Below, piece after piece: positions 26,801-37,967 of a stretch of DNA of 64,000 bases. A program made the position numbers and the translations under genes. The notes under the pieces are model-generated. The model was not told the DNA's origin. It searched no databases and saw only the letters and a list, made by a program, of their open reading frames with translations. Source of the DNA: Phallusia mammillata (taxonomy: Eukaryota). Position 1 is the first letter of the stretch, and every line of letters begins with the position of its first letter. The DNA is taken from contig OZ281496.1 in the NCBI GenBank assembly GCA_965637545.1, positions 28,148,001 to 28,212,000 on the forward strand, written 5' to 3'.

Positions 26801-28377
26801 TTCAAGGCCCTTAGGTTTAGAGAACTAGCATTAAAGAGACAAAACGGCGTTGCAGAGGTAATCCGATAAACACAGAACGTCGCTTCCAAGAAACAGTTAA
26901 CACCTTGAAAGTCAGTCAACCAAAATGTTGCGTTTGTGATGGTTACCAGCGAGGTGCTAGTTAACACATGATGACGAGTTGTAATCCCTGCTGAGTATAT
27001 CTTAATCCGCGCTTACAAGACCGTCTAATTTGTCTGCTTACTGCTGTGGCGTGCCTGCAGGTTAGACCAATGTTCACCAGCGACGTAATGTTCGCCTCTC
27101 CAAGACTGAGAAATGCGTTTCACTTTATGCCTGGCCGCTCTCGAGGTATTTTTTCATGCAAGTGCCCTCATTTTTCGTGCCTGAAAATTCGCTATACCCT
27201 GGTATTGCGGGAAGGAGCTGTTTTTGTGGTTTATAGGAGTCAGTACTGGAAGAAAAAATAGATGCTTGTTAGTTTTGAAGCTACTGTCGCGGTTTTTGTA
27301 TTGTGTGTTCAGTTTTCCTTTTCTGTTTAATACTTAACCGATAAAAAAGCTAGTTTTTTTAAAAATTTAAAGTACATTAGAAAATTAATAGTCAGACAAG
27401 ATCAAAACAAGGTTCTGGTGTTGTTATGCAGACTCGAAATTGTTATCTACCATAAACGGACTATGCTGAAATGCATATTTAGCGAGACACAGTTAAAATT
27501 ACTTGGGTAAACTATCTTGCATGCTGCTACGGGTGGAATGAATTGTGGTGTTTGTGGTCTTTGTTTGCAGATCAGTTTTATATGCTTTAACAACAGGTGT
27601 GAATTTTTTGTTTTGTAGCAATGGCTATATTGCATAGTTAGATTATTGAAACGAAAGTTATTAAGATTTTCCTGATTTTTAAGGGCTTGTGTGATGTACG
27701 TTAAGTTGATGGTGTTGGACAAGAATCTATATATTTGCTATAAACTATAATTACATTCAGTTGGTCAACAAAACATCGTCTTGCTGAGTCACCGCAAATA
27801 CAGCGTGTATAATCATAGGCATTTAGGTGTAGCACAGATTTGTGGCACAATAGAACACACCCCTCGTTCATAACCTTTACCTTTATTCAGAGTCAACCAA
27901 GCGATTTGTTATGCGCGCTCACAAATCGTAAAAATACATCCTAACATTAAGACCGGAAAGTCAATGTCACGGCGTAGATCTAACCAAGTTCAACAGGACT
28001 TTGTCGTTCTAGCAGTGACGACTTTTCTTCATTAGACCGTTAGCTGCTTTGTACACAACGAACGCACCAGGGGTTTATTGTTATTGGCTTGTACTAGTGT
28101 GAGCGGCTCGACCGTCACAACGAAAAGTGGTGGTTATTATTTTAGCGCCCCATGTTGTTTTGTGACTGCTCGAACCCGCACTGATTCTGAATTGCTTTGC
28201 GTCACAGGGTTTTGTTTGCACTGTTGAAGCTCTGCGCTGTGCCAACAATGACTGAATCTGCTTGAGAATTGGAGCTTTTCGAGATACACCGAACGAAGGC
28301 TTTGTGTTGTTGAGCTACACAAGAAAGCCCGTCTTTCGAAAAAATACTATATCGAGCGGGGACGACTTTTCTCGGAG

Positions 28378-30832
28378 ATGAGTGACAGAGACCGACGTTA
28401 TTCATACGACCGAAATCACCGACACCACCATCATCGAGGCTACTCCAGAGAAAGAGACTATTCAGACCGTGAAGACAGTTACCGTCGAGAGAAGCGCAGA
28501 GTCCCTGGGCTTGTAACAGACCCTGCTGATCGAGATCGCGATAGATACAGCACCATTGAGGGCGAGATTCGCCGAGGTCAGACTGAATCCATGGAACGCT
28601 ATAAGACTGATAGTTATTACAGCAAAGAACAAGGCCGCAGCAAAATTACCAAGGATACCATGTCGGCTCCTGCATACAACATCTCGTCCACACAGCCGTA
28701 TCTTCCAAGAAGTCATAAAGATTCTCCACCACTTTATTCTCCAAGTGCCAGCAAAAAACGAAGGCTGCCTTGCAACCCTTCCGTGCTGTCGTTTCTCGGG
28801 GGGTTTATTGGTGTAGCTGTAGTCGTCGCTGCTATTATCCTGAGCTGGTACACCAGAGTGACTGTTAACGGAACTGGCGTAAGTACTAGCACACTTTTGC
28901 AGTCACTAAAATTTCACTAAAATGCTGTCATTGGAATGTTCTTACAACAACTTTTAAAGAATAAATTGTAGTCCTTACTTCTGCCCGAATAGTTCTGAAA
29001 CAAATTTATGGCTCTGGCATTTCGTTGAACAAATGGATACGGCAACATTGTAAGTAGCAGCGTTAAAACTTCATTGGGACTGCCACTTTTTCTCAACTTG
29101 AAGCCAGATTTGTGAGGCTTACCGCTGTAAAAACATACTCTTTTAATGGTTGCCTGGTTGCTCAAACTTTCTTGGGCTTTGTACTTGGAAATTGCTTTCG
29201 TATTCTTCTTAAATTTGCCTTCTACTGTGCAGATAAGTGTCACCAACCTGGGACTCTTCTCATTCTGTACACGCGAGGGAGGAGTCATCACATGCGGCAC
29301 TATCGAAAACTACAGCTCGGCAGGCGGCAACGGTAAGAACGGTAACAAGCTTCAACGATTAACAACGTTTGTGTACCGAAATACACGGGCAACTTGTACT
29401 AAATGAAACCTCGGCCAGTGAAATACTTCAGCGATAACCTGCTCAATCTAAAGGATATTGATTTGTTGTTGTGTAACCTGTCCTATACCCACGTTTTGTG
29501 TTCTCTATTTCTTGGCGCTTCATAGCGTTTGAACGTTTACGGCTTGATGGTTGTAGTGTAATGGGGCGTAATGTTTTCGTTCTTCAAGCGGACAAATATG
29601 TCTTATTGAAATAGGGTTTAAAATCAAAAGCATTTTATATGTACCCCCTTTACGTGCTGTACAGTCATTACCGTAACCAACATTTCTGGTCGGAAAATGT
29701 GGTCCCATGACCGATACCCATACAGCTTGGAAGGAGCCAATATAGTAAGCACTGTACACCTTGTGGTATAAAACTACAAACAGTTTTACCTCTTACCTCT
29801 GTACAGTCAATGCCGGAAGCTACATTTCTGGTACAAGTCAATAACAGTTGTGGTTCTGTGACCGATATTAATTCCATTTGTTGGTTTTCAGTTTTCTCTG
29901 ATTTGGAACAAGCCACACGTGGACTTATCATCATATCGGCTATTTTCGGCCTCGTGGCTCTGTGCATCGATATTTTCTTTGCGTTGCACAAATACGAGAG
30001 ACGCCGTGGCGCTTTCTACGGCGGCGCCGCCTTTTTGTTGGCAGGTGAGTTTGAAAACTTTATTTGTTAGAGCGAAACCTTTCGGTGACAAAACATAACT
30101 GAATATCATAAGCTTTTTTGCGCTATATGATAACACACCCTGTGTGCTATTGATTTGATGGATAGTGTGCTTTACCCAGGTGAAGACGCCCCAAATGAGA
30201 CGTCGAAACGCCGGATAAGTTGTATATAATTGCCGATTGAGAAAAAATGCAAAGTTTTCAAAATATGCTTGGCAACAACACTATATTCATAACTGTGCTT
30301 TACTTAGCTTGATTGTTTGGACTCACATATTTTGCCCCTCCGCACCAGTTTCATCAGGATTTACGTGTAAAAATGCTACATTTAAATTGTTGCAAACTGG
30401 TTTTATGTACAATTCACTATAGTGACCAAATGTTTAAGAAAATGTCCTGTTATTGCACAAACCTGTCCTTTTGAAGAAGATGATGGTGTAGTATTTCTGT
30501 TTACTTTCAATTACAACTTTGAATCTTAACCCCTACAATAGGCCTGGCGTAACATGATCTTTAAGGCTTATATATGGCTACCTTAATCACTATGGGAATA
30601 AAATATATGTACCAATAATACAAGCTATAAACAATCCAATGCTTCAGGTTGCTGCGGAGTTGCGGCCATGGGATGTTATTCTTCAGTCATTTCGAGTGCC
30701 ATAGCTGCTACCACCGATAGAAGTGCAGCTATTCCCAACATCTCGTTCTATCTCGGATGGTTTGGCACTACCCTGTTTCTGCTCTCAGCATTCACTTCCT
30801 TTCTCTCTAACGCCACCTCTTGGTCAAAGTAG
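28378..30832 (+). CDS. Claudin/PMP22/EMP-superfamily tetraspan protein with ~135-aa N-terminal extension
   Basis: Exons 28378-28878, 29233-29332, 29892-30044, 30648-30832 (phases 0,1,1). TM1 followed by W...GLF.FC.....C (W-GLW-C-C signature), QATRGLIIISAIFG (TM2), TM3, and SFYLGW before TM4. No C-terminal YV PDZ motif. Confidence 0.87.
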
Positions 30833-31689
30833 TTCAAGCAGTTGCGTCGGATGAGCTAAGCGTGGACTTCAAGATTTCGGAGCCAATTTTTGGGGACCTG
30901 CTTTTGCTGTTGGCGCAAGGCTGGATCAAACTATGCAAGCTTGCTTGTGCGTTGTACATTTTTACATTACAAGAATATTTTAAACCAGTAAAGAACTAAA
31001 TAAAATAAAAATCCCACTTCCCGCTTTTTATTTAAAGTAATTTCTTTCGTTGCCAACGTCTGCAGTCTTAAAAGCACAAAACCTTAACAGTTGCAACAAA
31101 GTTAAATTCAGTTTCGAGTTGAACTTTGACCTTTTGTTTTGTGCCAGCAGATTTTATGCGACCGCTGTTTTTAAACTTACGCAATCATCTATCGCAGTTT
31201 TACGTAGTTTCATGTGATATATACATATATACGTATGATGGATTTGCTTTTCCGAAAGAGAAATAATCTTTTCAAGGCAAAGAAATTCATGTACAAAACC
31301 GCCTTGTTTTTTATGCTTTTTCGACCGCCAGGCTTTTTATTTTATTGTTTTCTTATTGTTATGTTTCTATTACACGTCTGTAGGCTTTCTTTACATTTAT
31401 GATGGAGTTATGTGTCCTTATGGATTTAAAAATATGGACCCCAAAATCCATTGTTACAAACATTAACTCTTGGCATAACTTAGAAGGTGGCCGTTTTATC
31501 GAAATCATTTTTATGTAGTTTGAATGCTGCCTTCAATTTATTAGAAAACTCTAAAATTTGACAAACAGAACCTGCTGGTGCAATATAAGACACTTAGTAC
31601 ATTTCGTGGCTATTTTATCCAACCATTTTAGCTGTTGCCATTTCCTGTTCGAAAAGTATCTCAAATTCGATATCAATCCAATGCTATTT

Positions 31690-32420
31690 GGCCAGTGCAT
31701 TTATGTAAGTACTTATCTATTTCCCACATTTATTTGCGGAACATAATCGTTTTAAACATACCGTTGTATGGTTTTTTAACTCTTTTGTTTCCCATCAGAA
31801 ACAACAGACCTTGACTAGTAATCTTTTTGGCTATATTTTCTATTTCTTTCCAACCATTTGTAGAAAAGTTGTCAATGCTGGAGTTAGGGTTTCAACGTGT
31901 TTTTTATTATTTCGTTTATACGTGTATTTTCTTCAAAACCGTTCATAGCGTGTTGCCTGGCTGAAAACCATCGTGTTTTGGTATGTCTACATTAAGAGTA
32001 TGCGTCTGTTTTAATATGATTTATTTCATCCGTATCTGGTTGCTATTCTGGCGATTGACACATTGTGCAAAGCAAAGTAATACCCTTTGTTGTTTATCGC
32101 AGTAAAATAAAGCATAGGAACACTATACAAGGATGTGTTTGTTTTGTGGTGAATCAGTTCTTACAAACGACGCAATGAATTGAAATGCACTTTTTTCATT
32201 TTTTAATCTTTTTTTCAAAGCAAAGTCTTTCTCTTTTTTAACTTTTTGCCATGGCTCAACGCGCATGTAGAAAACATTTATTTTTTATTCGAATTTTATT
32301 CGACTTTTTACAGTCACTAATACGAACAAAAATCAACTTTAAAGCAATAGAATATATACAAAACTGTACAGCACAAAATCAGACAAAACTCGATATTCAC
32401 CAAAAGTGAAATAACACACA
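31690..32420. repeat. 3'-flank module of the ZU5 array, copy beside paralogue A
   Basis: Closely similar to 40010-40730, more diverged to 34790-35530, partial at 37365-37500 and 43605-43870; shared core gccatggctcaacgcgcatgtagaaaacat and minus-strand AATAAA. Confidence 0.85.
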
Positions 32421-32548
32421 AAGTCATTTTATAAAGGAACATTTTTTTCACACAAACTCGATAAATCCACCAAAGAAACAAAGTGGTCAATATGCTCTAA
32501 AAAAACTACTCATTTACTGTTGTGCACAAATTCAAAACCAATATATAT

Positions 32549-33925
32549 TTAAAACGGTCCGATGTTTACGTTGCTGTTGGTGACATTGAAAACATTTGAG
32601 CTGATTTCTCTTGCTATTTGACTCCAGTTGATGAAGAAACTGCCCTTAACTTTTTCCCGGAGTTCGGTTTCATTTCGTTCCTCATAAATCGTGTAGTCAA
32701 CAGGTTGGACATCATCTTCAATTGGTTCTTCACTTGACTTTACCAAAAACTGTCGCGAAAGAGCGTCGTCATCTCTCAAGTTTTCTTGACTGATGACTGC
32801 ATTTTCGGGACGAAAATCAACAGCGTAGTCGGACACAAAAACTAGTCTCAGATTGTATGTTGGGCTGTAAGAGAAAGTGTTCATCGATATACACAATGTT
32901 TCATTTGTGTGCAGTTGTCTGACTCGGTCAAATGAAGAACCGTCGCTTTCAGTTAAATACCAAATCACTTCAAACGCACGATTACTGACAACTTTTCTAA
33001 ATCCCAAGGATGTTATTTGCCAGCCCAATCTATCACCCGCTCTTTCTTCTTCTTCAATAGCAATAGCCCTGTCAGAAAAGTGGAGTGCTTTGTACACTAC
33101 TTTGCCATCTGTACCAAGGGTGGCATTGGATTCAAATTGCCATGGCGACTTGTCGTTTTGGCGAACAAAGATAGAAACTTTGACTGGTCGCTCTGCGTCG
33201 AGAGAAAAGTAGGCGCTTCGACCCTCAACCTGAAAGTGCTTTTCAAATATTGTGCCGCTTGGCTCGCAGCATAAAATAGGAGCAATGCAAAAGAATTCGG
33301 AACCGTTCCCCCCAAATCTTTTTATGCTAGGTTTAAGACTTACAATCACCTCAACTTCTTTCTGTGTGGGACAAGCTGGAAAATCGACTTTGTAATCACC
33401 AAGGCTGATGTTTGCTCCCTTAAAACCAATCCGTTGATTTACGAATTGTGGAGAATTAGGCAGGTTTGGTTTTGGGTTCGTAGGTTCCACAACATCATTG
33501 CTGATTAGTGGTTCAGTATGTTTTTCTTTGGTGAAAAGAAGTCTCATAGATTCCTGAAGACAATCACTAAACCAAATTCCTTTCAGAAGTTTACAACGTA
33601 CCACTTTGCTTAGCAAAGAGAAAAGTAGCAACAACCCAACAACCAACAACAACAGTTCCACCTCTGTATAAGCTACGTTCCAAGTATGATCCAAAGGCGG
33701 CGGTATGTCATCAGTTATAGGCGCTGCAGTTGACCTTTCGAATGGATGAAGATTTTCCAGCGCTTCATTGCTTTCTTGAATCTTGCTCAAAATATATTCT
33801 CTATTTACAGTTGATCTTTTGAATTTATGAAGATTTTCCAGTATCGCTTTACTGTTTTCACGAATCTGTTCTAAAGTATGTTTTCCATTTGCAGTTACTA
33901 TCATTATTGGCTGAATCGAAACCAT
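32549..33925 (-). CDS. Array paralogue A: ectodomain + TM + ZU5(HFS) + UPA-like + RHIM-like end, 458 aa
   Basis: Uninterrupted ORF; TM VELLLLVVGLLLLFSLL; ZU5 signature IAPILCCEPSGTIFEKHF; HFS at 33074-33082; terminal VFNVTNSNVNIG. An AG just upstream of the ATG allows an additional 5' exon. Confidence 0.85.
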   Translation of the reverse strand: MVSIQPIMIVTANGKHTLEQIRENSKAILENLHKFKRSTVNREYILSKIQESNEALENLHPFERSTAAPITDDIPPPLDHTWNVAYTEVELLLLVVGLLLLFSLLSKVVRCKLLKGIWFSDCLQESMRLLFTKEKHTEPLISNDVVEPTNPKPNLPNSPQFVNQRIGFKGANISLGDYKVDFPACPTQKEVEVIVSLKPSIKRFGGNGSEFFCIAPILCCEPSGTIFEKHFQVEGRSAYFSLDAERPVKVSIFVRQNDKSPWQFESNATLGTDGKVVYKALHFSDRAIAIEEEERAGDRLGWQITSLGFRKVVSNRAFEVIWYLTESDGSSFDRVRQLHTNETLCISMNTFSYSPTYNLRLVFVSDYAVDFRPENAVISQENLRDDDALSRQFLVKSSEEPIEDDVQPVDYTIYEERNETELREKVKGSFFINWSQIAREISSNVFNVTNSNVNIGPF

Positions 33926-34129
33926 TCTGGTCTGGAATCACAAACACCTGATCGTTTTTCAGACTATAACTTCACTTTATTTGTCGTTGCTTATTTCATC
34001 AACTAGATAAAGCTTCTATTTATTGCTTCAAAAATCAAACACTTTCACTTGCAGGAGGTCTAAACCGTATATGGCATTTGCAGACGAAACGGGTTATTAT
34101 TTTTCCAAGTAAGTCATAAAACCCAGGTG

Positions 34130-34215
34130 GATCCCCACTCGGTCAATTCTAAAGGTTGCCTGGTAACCCAAGGCATACACCCACAGATTGTTATCCTTCA
34201 GTGACTTAGAAAGGA
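34130..34215. promoter_or_regulatory. Conserved upstream element with RFX X-box, paralogue A
   Basis: GTTGCCTGGTAAC at 34155-34167, about 230 bp upstream of the ATG; homologous blocks at 37060-37145 and 45795-45890. Confidence 0.5.
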
Positions 34216-34251
34216 AAAGTTTCCTGTGTTTGCTGTTGCCAATAACTACAC

Positions 34252-34718
34252 CAGTGGTTCCCAACCTTTTTTGTTACATTCCACCCTTTGCCCATTTTCT
34301 TACTATTCATTCCTCCCCATAAGATGAAAAACAAATATAACATAAAAAATTTTAGCAATTTAAAATATCAGTTTATTTCACATTACTACTCAATGCGAAA
34401 TTTGCTCTCGCTTGCGCTCTGAAAGTAGTTGTAATGGCAGCACAGTTCTTTTTATACTACTCGTCTCTTTTAAATACTGGTAGTTGACTAAAACTTAGGC
34501 TACAACTAAAATCTACACAAACAATGATATGCAACAAAGAATCTAGTTTCATTACACATACTATTTACTAACTGTCGACTGTTCAGTTTTTAAGCAACTA
34601 AGCATCAGCCAGATTGCCAAAAACAAAAATGTTGAAACAATTGACTTTGTTATGACAATAATTAATTAAATAATTTAAGTGCCTGAAAGAGGAATTCCTC
34701 CCCGGTTGGGAACCACTG
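34252..34718. mobile_element. 467-bp hAT MITE between paralogues A and B
   Basis: TIRs CAGTGGTTCCCAACC / GGTTGGGAACCACTG; perfect TSD aactacac at 34244-34251 and 34719-34726. Confidence 0.92.
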
Positions 34719-34789
34719 AACTACACAAACGTTCTGGTGAATAACTTATGACGCCAACACCCTTTAATTCAATACCCTTTAATCCAATA

Positions 34790-35530
34790 CCCTTTAATTA
34801 GTGCATTTATGTAAGTACTTATCTAACTGCTACATTTGTCGCCTTAACATAATCATTTTGAACAGAACGTTGTATGTTTTCCCTCCTGTTTCTCAATAGT
34901 GGAACAGCGGACCTTGGCTATTAATCGTTTTGGGTATAATTTCCATCTAAACATTTGCAGAAAAGTTGTCAATCCTGGAGTTATGGTTTCAGTTTGTTTG
35001 TTTGTTTTCTTGATCATTTCGTTTATATGTGCATTTTCTTCAAATCCGTTTGCAGCGTTTTTGTCTGACATAAAACCATCGTGCTTTGGTATCTTTACAT
35101 TAAGAGTATAGATTTGTTTTAATATGTTATAGTTTACCCGTAATTTGTTGCCGTTTTGGCTATTGACACATTGTGCAAACCAAAGTAATACCCTTTGTTG
35201 TTTATCGCAGTAAAATAAAGCATAGGAACACTGTACAAGGATGTGTTTGTTTTGTGGTAAATCGGCTCTTACAAACGACCCAATTAAATGCTTTCGTGGT
35301 TCTTTGTGGAGAAAAAACCAATATTTCTTTTTTTAAAGCAAGGTCTTTTTCTTTCTAACTTTTGCCATGGCTCAACGCGCATGTAGAAAACATGTCTTCT
35401 GTCACTTTTATTCGACTTTTTACAGTCACAAATATGTACAAAAATCAACTTTAACAGCAATAAAATATACACAAAACTGTGCAACACAAATTTAGACAAA
35501 ACTCGATATTCATCTAAAGTGAAATAGCGC
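34790..35530. repeat. 3'-flank module of the ZU5 array, copy beside paralogue B
   Basis: Colinear with 31690-32420 and 40010-40730. Confidence 0.85.
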
Positions 35531-35678
35531 AAAAAGTTATTTCATAAAGGAACATTTTCTTTTAAATTCCCAAAAGAAACAAAAACAGTTGTTTAATGGT
35601 CAATATGCCCTAAAAACTACTCATTTGCCACTGTACACAAATTCAAGGCGAGGATATAATTAAACCAGGCACTTCCAC

Positions 35679-36839
35679 TTAAACCGCCCTGATGTTTATG
35701 TTGCTGTTGCTGACATTGAAAACATTTGAACTGATTTCTCTTGCTATTAGACTCCAGTTGATGTAGAAACTACCCGTTATTTTTTCTCGGCTTTCGGTTT
35801 CATTTCGTTCCTCATAAATCTTGTAGTCAATAGGTTGGACATCATCTTCAATTGCTTCTTCGCCTGACTTGACCAGAAACTGTCTCGAAAGAACGTCGTC
35901 ATCTCTCAAGTTTTGTTGACTGATAAGGGCATTATCAGGACGAAAAACAACATCGTGGGCGGGAAGAAAAACCAATCTCAGATTGCATCTTGTGCTGTAG
36001 GAGAAAGTGTTCATCGATATGCACAATGTTTCATTTGTGTGCAGTTGCCTGATTCGTTCGAATGAAGGACCGTTGCTTTCAGCTAAATACCATGTCACCT
36101 CAAGCGCGCGTTTGCCAACAGCTTTCCCGAATCCAAACGACGTTATTTGCCTGCCCAATCTATTACCCGCTCTTTCTTCTTCTTCAATAGCAATAGCCCT
36201 GTCAGAAAAGTGGTGTGCTTTGTACAGTACTTTGCCATCTGTACCAAGGGTGGTATTGGACTCCAATTGCCATGGCGATTTGTCGTTTTTGCGACCAAAG
36301 ATGGAGACTTTGACTGGTCGCTCTGCGTCGAGAGAAAAGTAGGCGCTTCTGCCCTCTACGTGAAAGTTCTTTTCAAAGCTTGTGCCGCTTGGCTCGCAGC
36401 ACAAGATAGGAGCAATGCAAAAGAATTCGGAACCGTCTACACAAAAATTTCGTATACTTGGCTTCAAACTGATGCCCGCCTCAATTTCTTTCTGTTTAGA
36501 ACAAGCAGGAAAATCGACTTTGTATTCACCAAGGCTGATGTTCGCTCTCTTCGAACCTATCAACTCATTTACGTGTAGGGAAGAATTAGGCGGATTAGGC
36601 TTTAAGTTCAAAAGTGCAGGCAAGGCATTTTCAACGTTATCTTTGCTGATGAGTCGTTCAGTTTTTTTCCCTCTTGTAAAGTATTTGAAATATTGTAGAA
36701 CACCAACAAGATAACAATCAAAAACAGAAGTCCAAAAAACAGACAGTACGTTGGACCTCAGCAGTAGACTCTGACGCTCTTTCCACGACGTTTTCCTTCT
36801 TATGCCACAGCCAAATTCTTCTGGGCATTTCAATTTCAA
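35679..36839 (-). CDS. Array paralogue B (close to A): ZU5(HFS) + UPA-like intact, 5' end unresolved; possibly a pseudogene
   Basis: 386-codon open frame strongly similar to A from FT.....TE.LIS onward; HFS at 36204-36212; no in-frame ATG ahead of the ZU5 region and a TGA two codons upstream of the ORF start; terminal motif NINIR instead of NVNIG. Confidence 0.6.
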   Translation of the reverse strand: MKLKCPEEFGCGIRRKTSWKERQSLLLRSNVLSVFWTSVFDCYLVGVLQYFKYFTRGKKTERLISKDNVENALPALLNLKPNPPNSSLHVNELIGSKRANISLGEYKVDFPACSKQKEIEAGISLKPSIRNFCVDGSEFFCIAPILCCEPSGTSFEKNFHVEGRSAYFSLDAERPVKVSIFGRKNDKSPWQLESNTTLGTDGKVLYKAHHFSDRAIAIEEEERAGNRLGRQITSFGFGKAVGKRALEVTWYLAESNGPSFERIRQLHTNETLCISMNTFSYSTRCNLRLVFLPAHDVVFRPDNALISQQNLRDDDVLSRQFLVKSGEEAIEDDVQPIDYKIYEERNETESREKITGSFYINWSLIAREISSNVFNVSNSNINIRAV

Positions 36840-37967
36840 TTTTCAAGTATTTTCTTGTATACGCCCATGACACCCGTCGCTACATTCTGGCTAGTCGCTG
36901 CAAGTAAAGATGTTCAGAGAAAGTATCCATATCTAACGAAGTGTTCATCGCCGTCTAAAGTTCAGACAGAATATTTAAACAGTGCGTCGTTTCTGAACCC
37001 GTCGATAAAATTCGCAAATGGCAACAGGTGTGTTTCTTTCTCTAGCTATAACCCCTTGTTAATCCCCCCACGGTCATTTTTGATGGTTGCTTAGTAACAG
37101 CAAACTCCCACCCACACATCGTTTTCCCTCAATGACTTAGAAAAGCAAAGGTAAAAGCGCCAGACGTCATTGCTCATGGAAGAATGAAGGTAAAAGCTTC
37201 AGACTCCTTTGTTTGTCATTGCTACTGCGGCTTAAATTCCTGCTAAATATAACGTCAGTATTTGAAATGTGTCGACTGGTACAGATTTATGATTTCTGCC
37301 GAATTTTTTTATTTCTCTTCTACCGTGCACAATTACCTATCAGTATTTATCTTTATGAATTTTTTTCATGGCTTAACGCGCATGTAGAAAACATTGTATT
37401 TTGTTACTTTTATTCGACTTTTTAAAATTACAAATACGTACAAAAAATCAACTTTAAAAGCAATAAAATATACACAAAACTGTACACCTAAAGTGAAAAT
37501 AACAAATTTTTTCATTAGGGAGCATTAAATTTTTCTTCACAAAGACCACACATAAAAAAAACTTCGTCTAAAGGCTCTAAAAATTCTTTCCATTCACTTG
37601 TTTACATATATGCACATTCGAAACTGCGTCAATTTGTCGTAGTTAAATGTAACGTCTCGGGGCGACACTAAAGGCACCAAGCGTGTGTATTCACTGCTGC
37701 CTTTAAACAGTGGAAACTTTCCGCCAAATGCATCATTGGAAAATGTCCCGTTAAGGGCTGTATGTTGTGTTTTGGTCCCATATTTTGTCAATTGTTTTAA
37801 CTTGTGACATTGATATACAGTAACGAATCCTGATTTTTAAAAAAATGCCCAGAAAGTTTGCACATAGAAGCATTAAAGACGCGGAAAAGATTGTCACATT
37901 TGTGCATTGTCATATTCTTGGTTTTCACAACCAGGTTCTTCTTCTCCAGTCGTTTCGTTCCCGTGCA

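Noticed and set aside
21000-28300. Many 60-120 aa ORFs and homeodomain-site-rich patches (e.g. about 26250-26400)
   Set aside because: No domain signatures or consistent exon chain; TAAT motifs are expected in AT-rich DNA.
34759-34799. 15-bp unit repeated about 2.7 times
   Set aside because: Ordinary slippage repeat with no evident function.
32877-36714. Plus-strand ORFs repeated antisense to paralogues A and B (32877, 33017, 36007, 36147, 36382)
   Set aside because: Shadow ORFs; their recurrence follows from duplication of the sense genes.
36660-36760. Strongly hydrophobic peptide (CLFFGLLFLIVILLVFY) in the +1 frame of paralogue B, suggesting a frameshifted TM
   Set aside because: The main frame also aligns with A here and T-rich DNA gives hydrophobic peptides in several frames; cannot decide.
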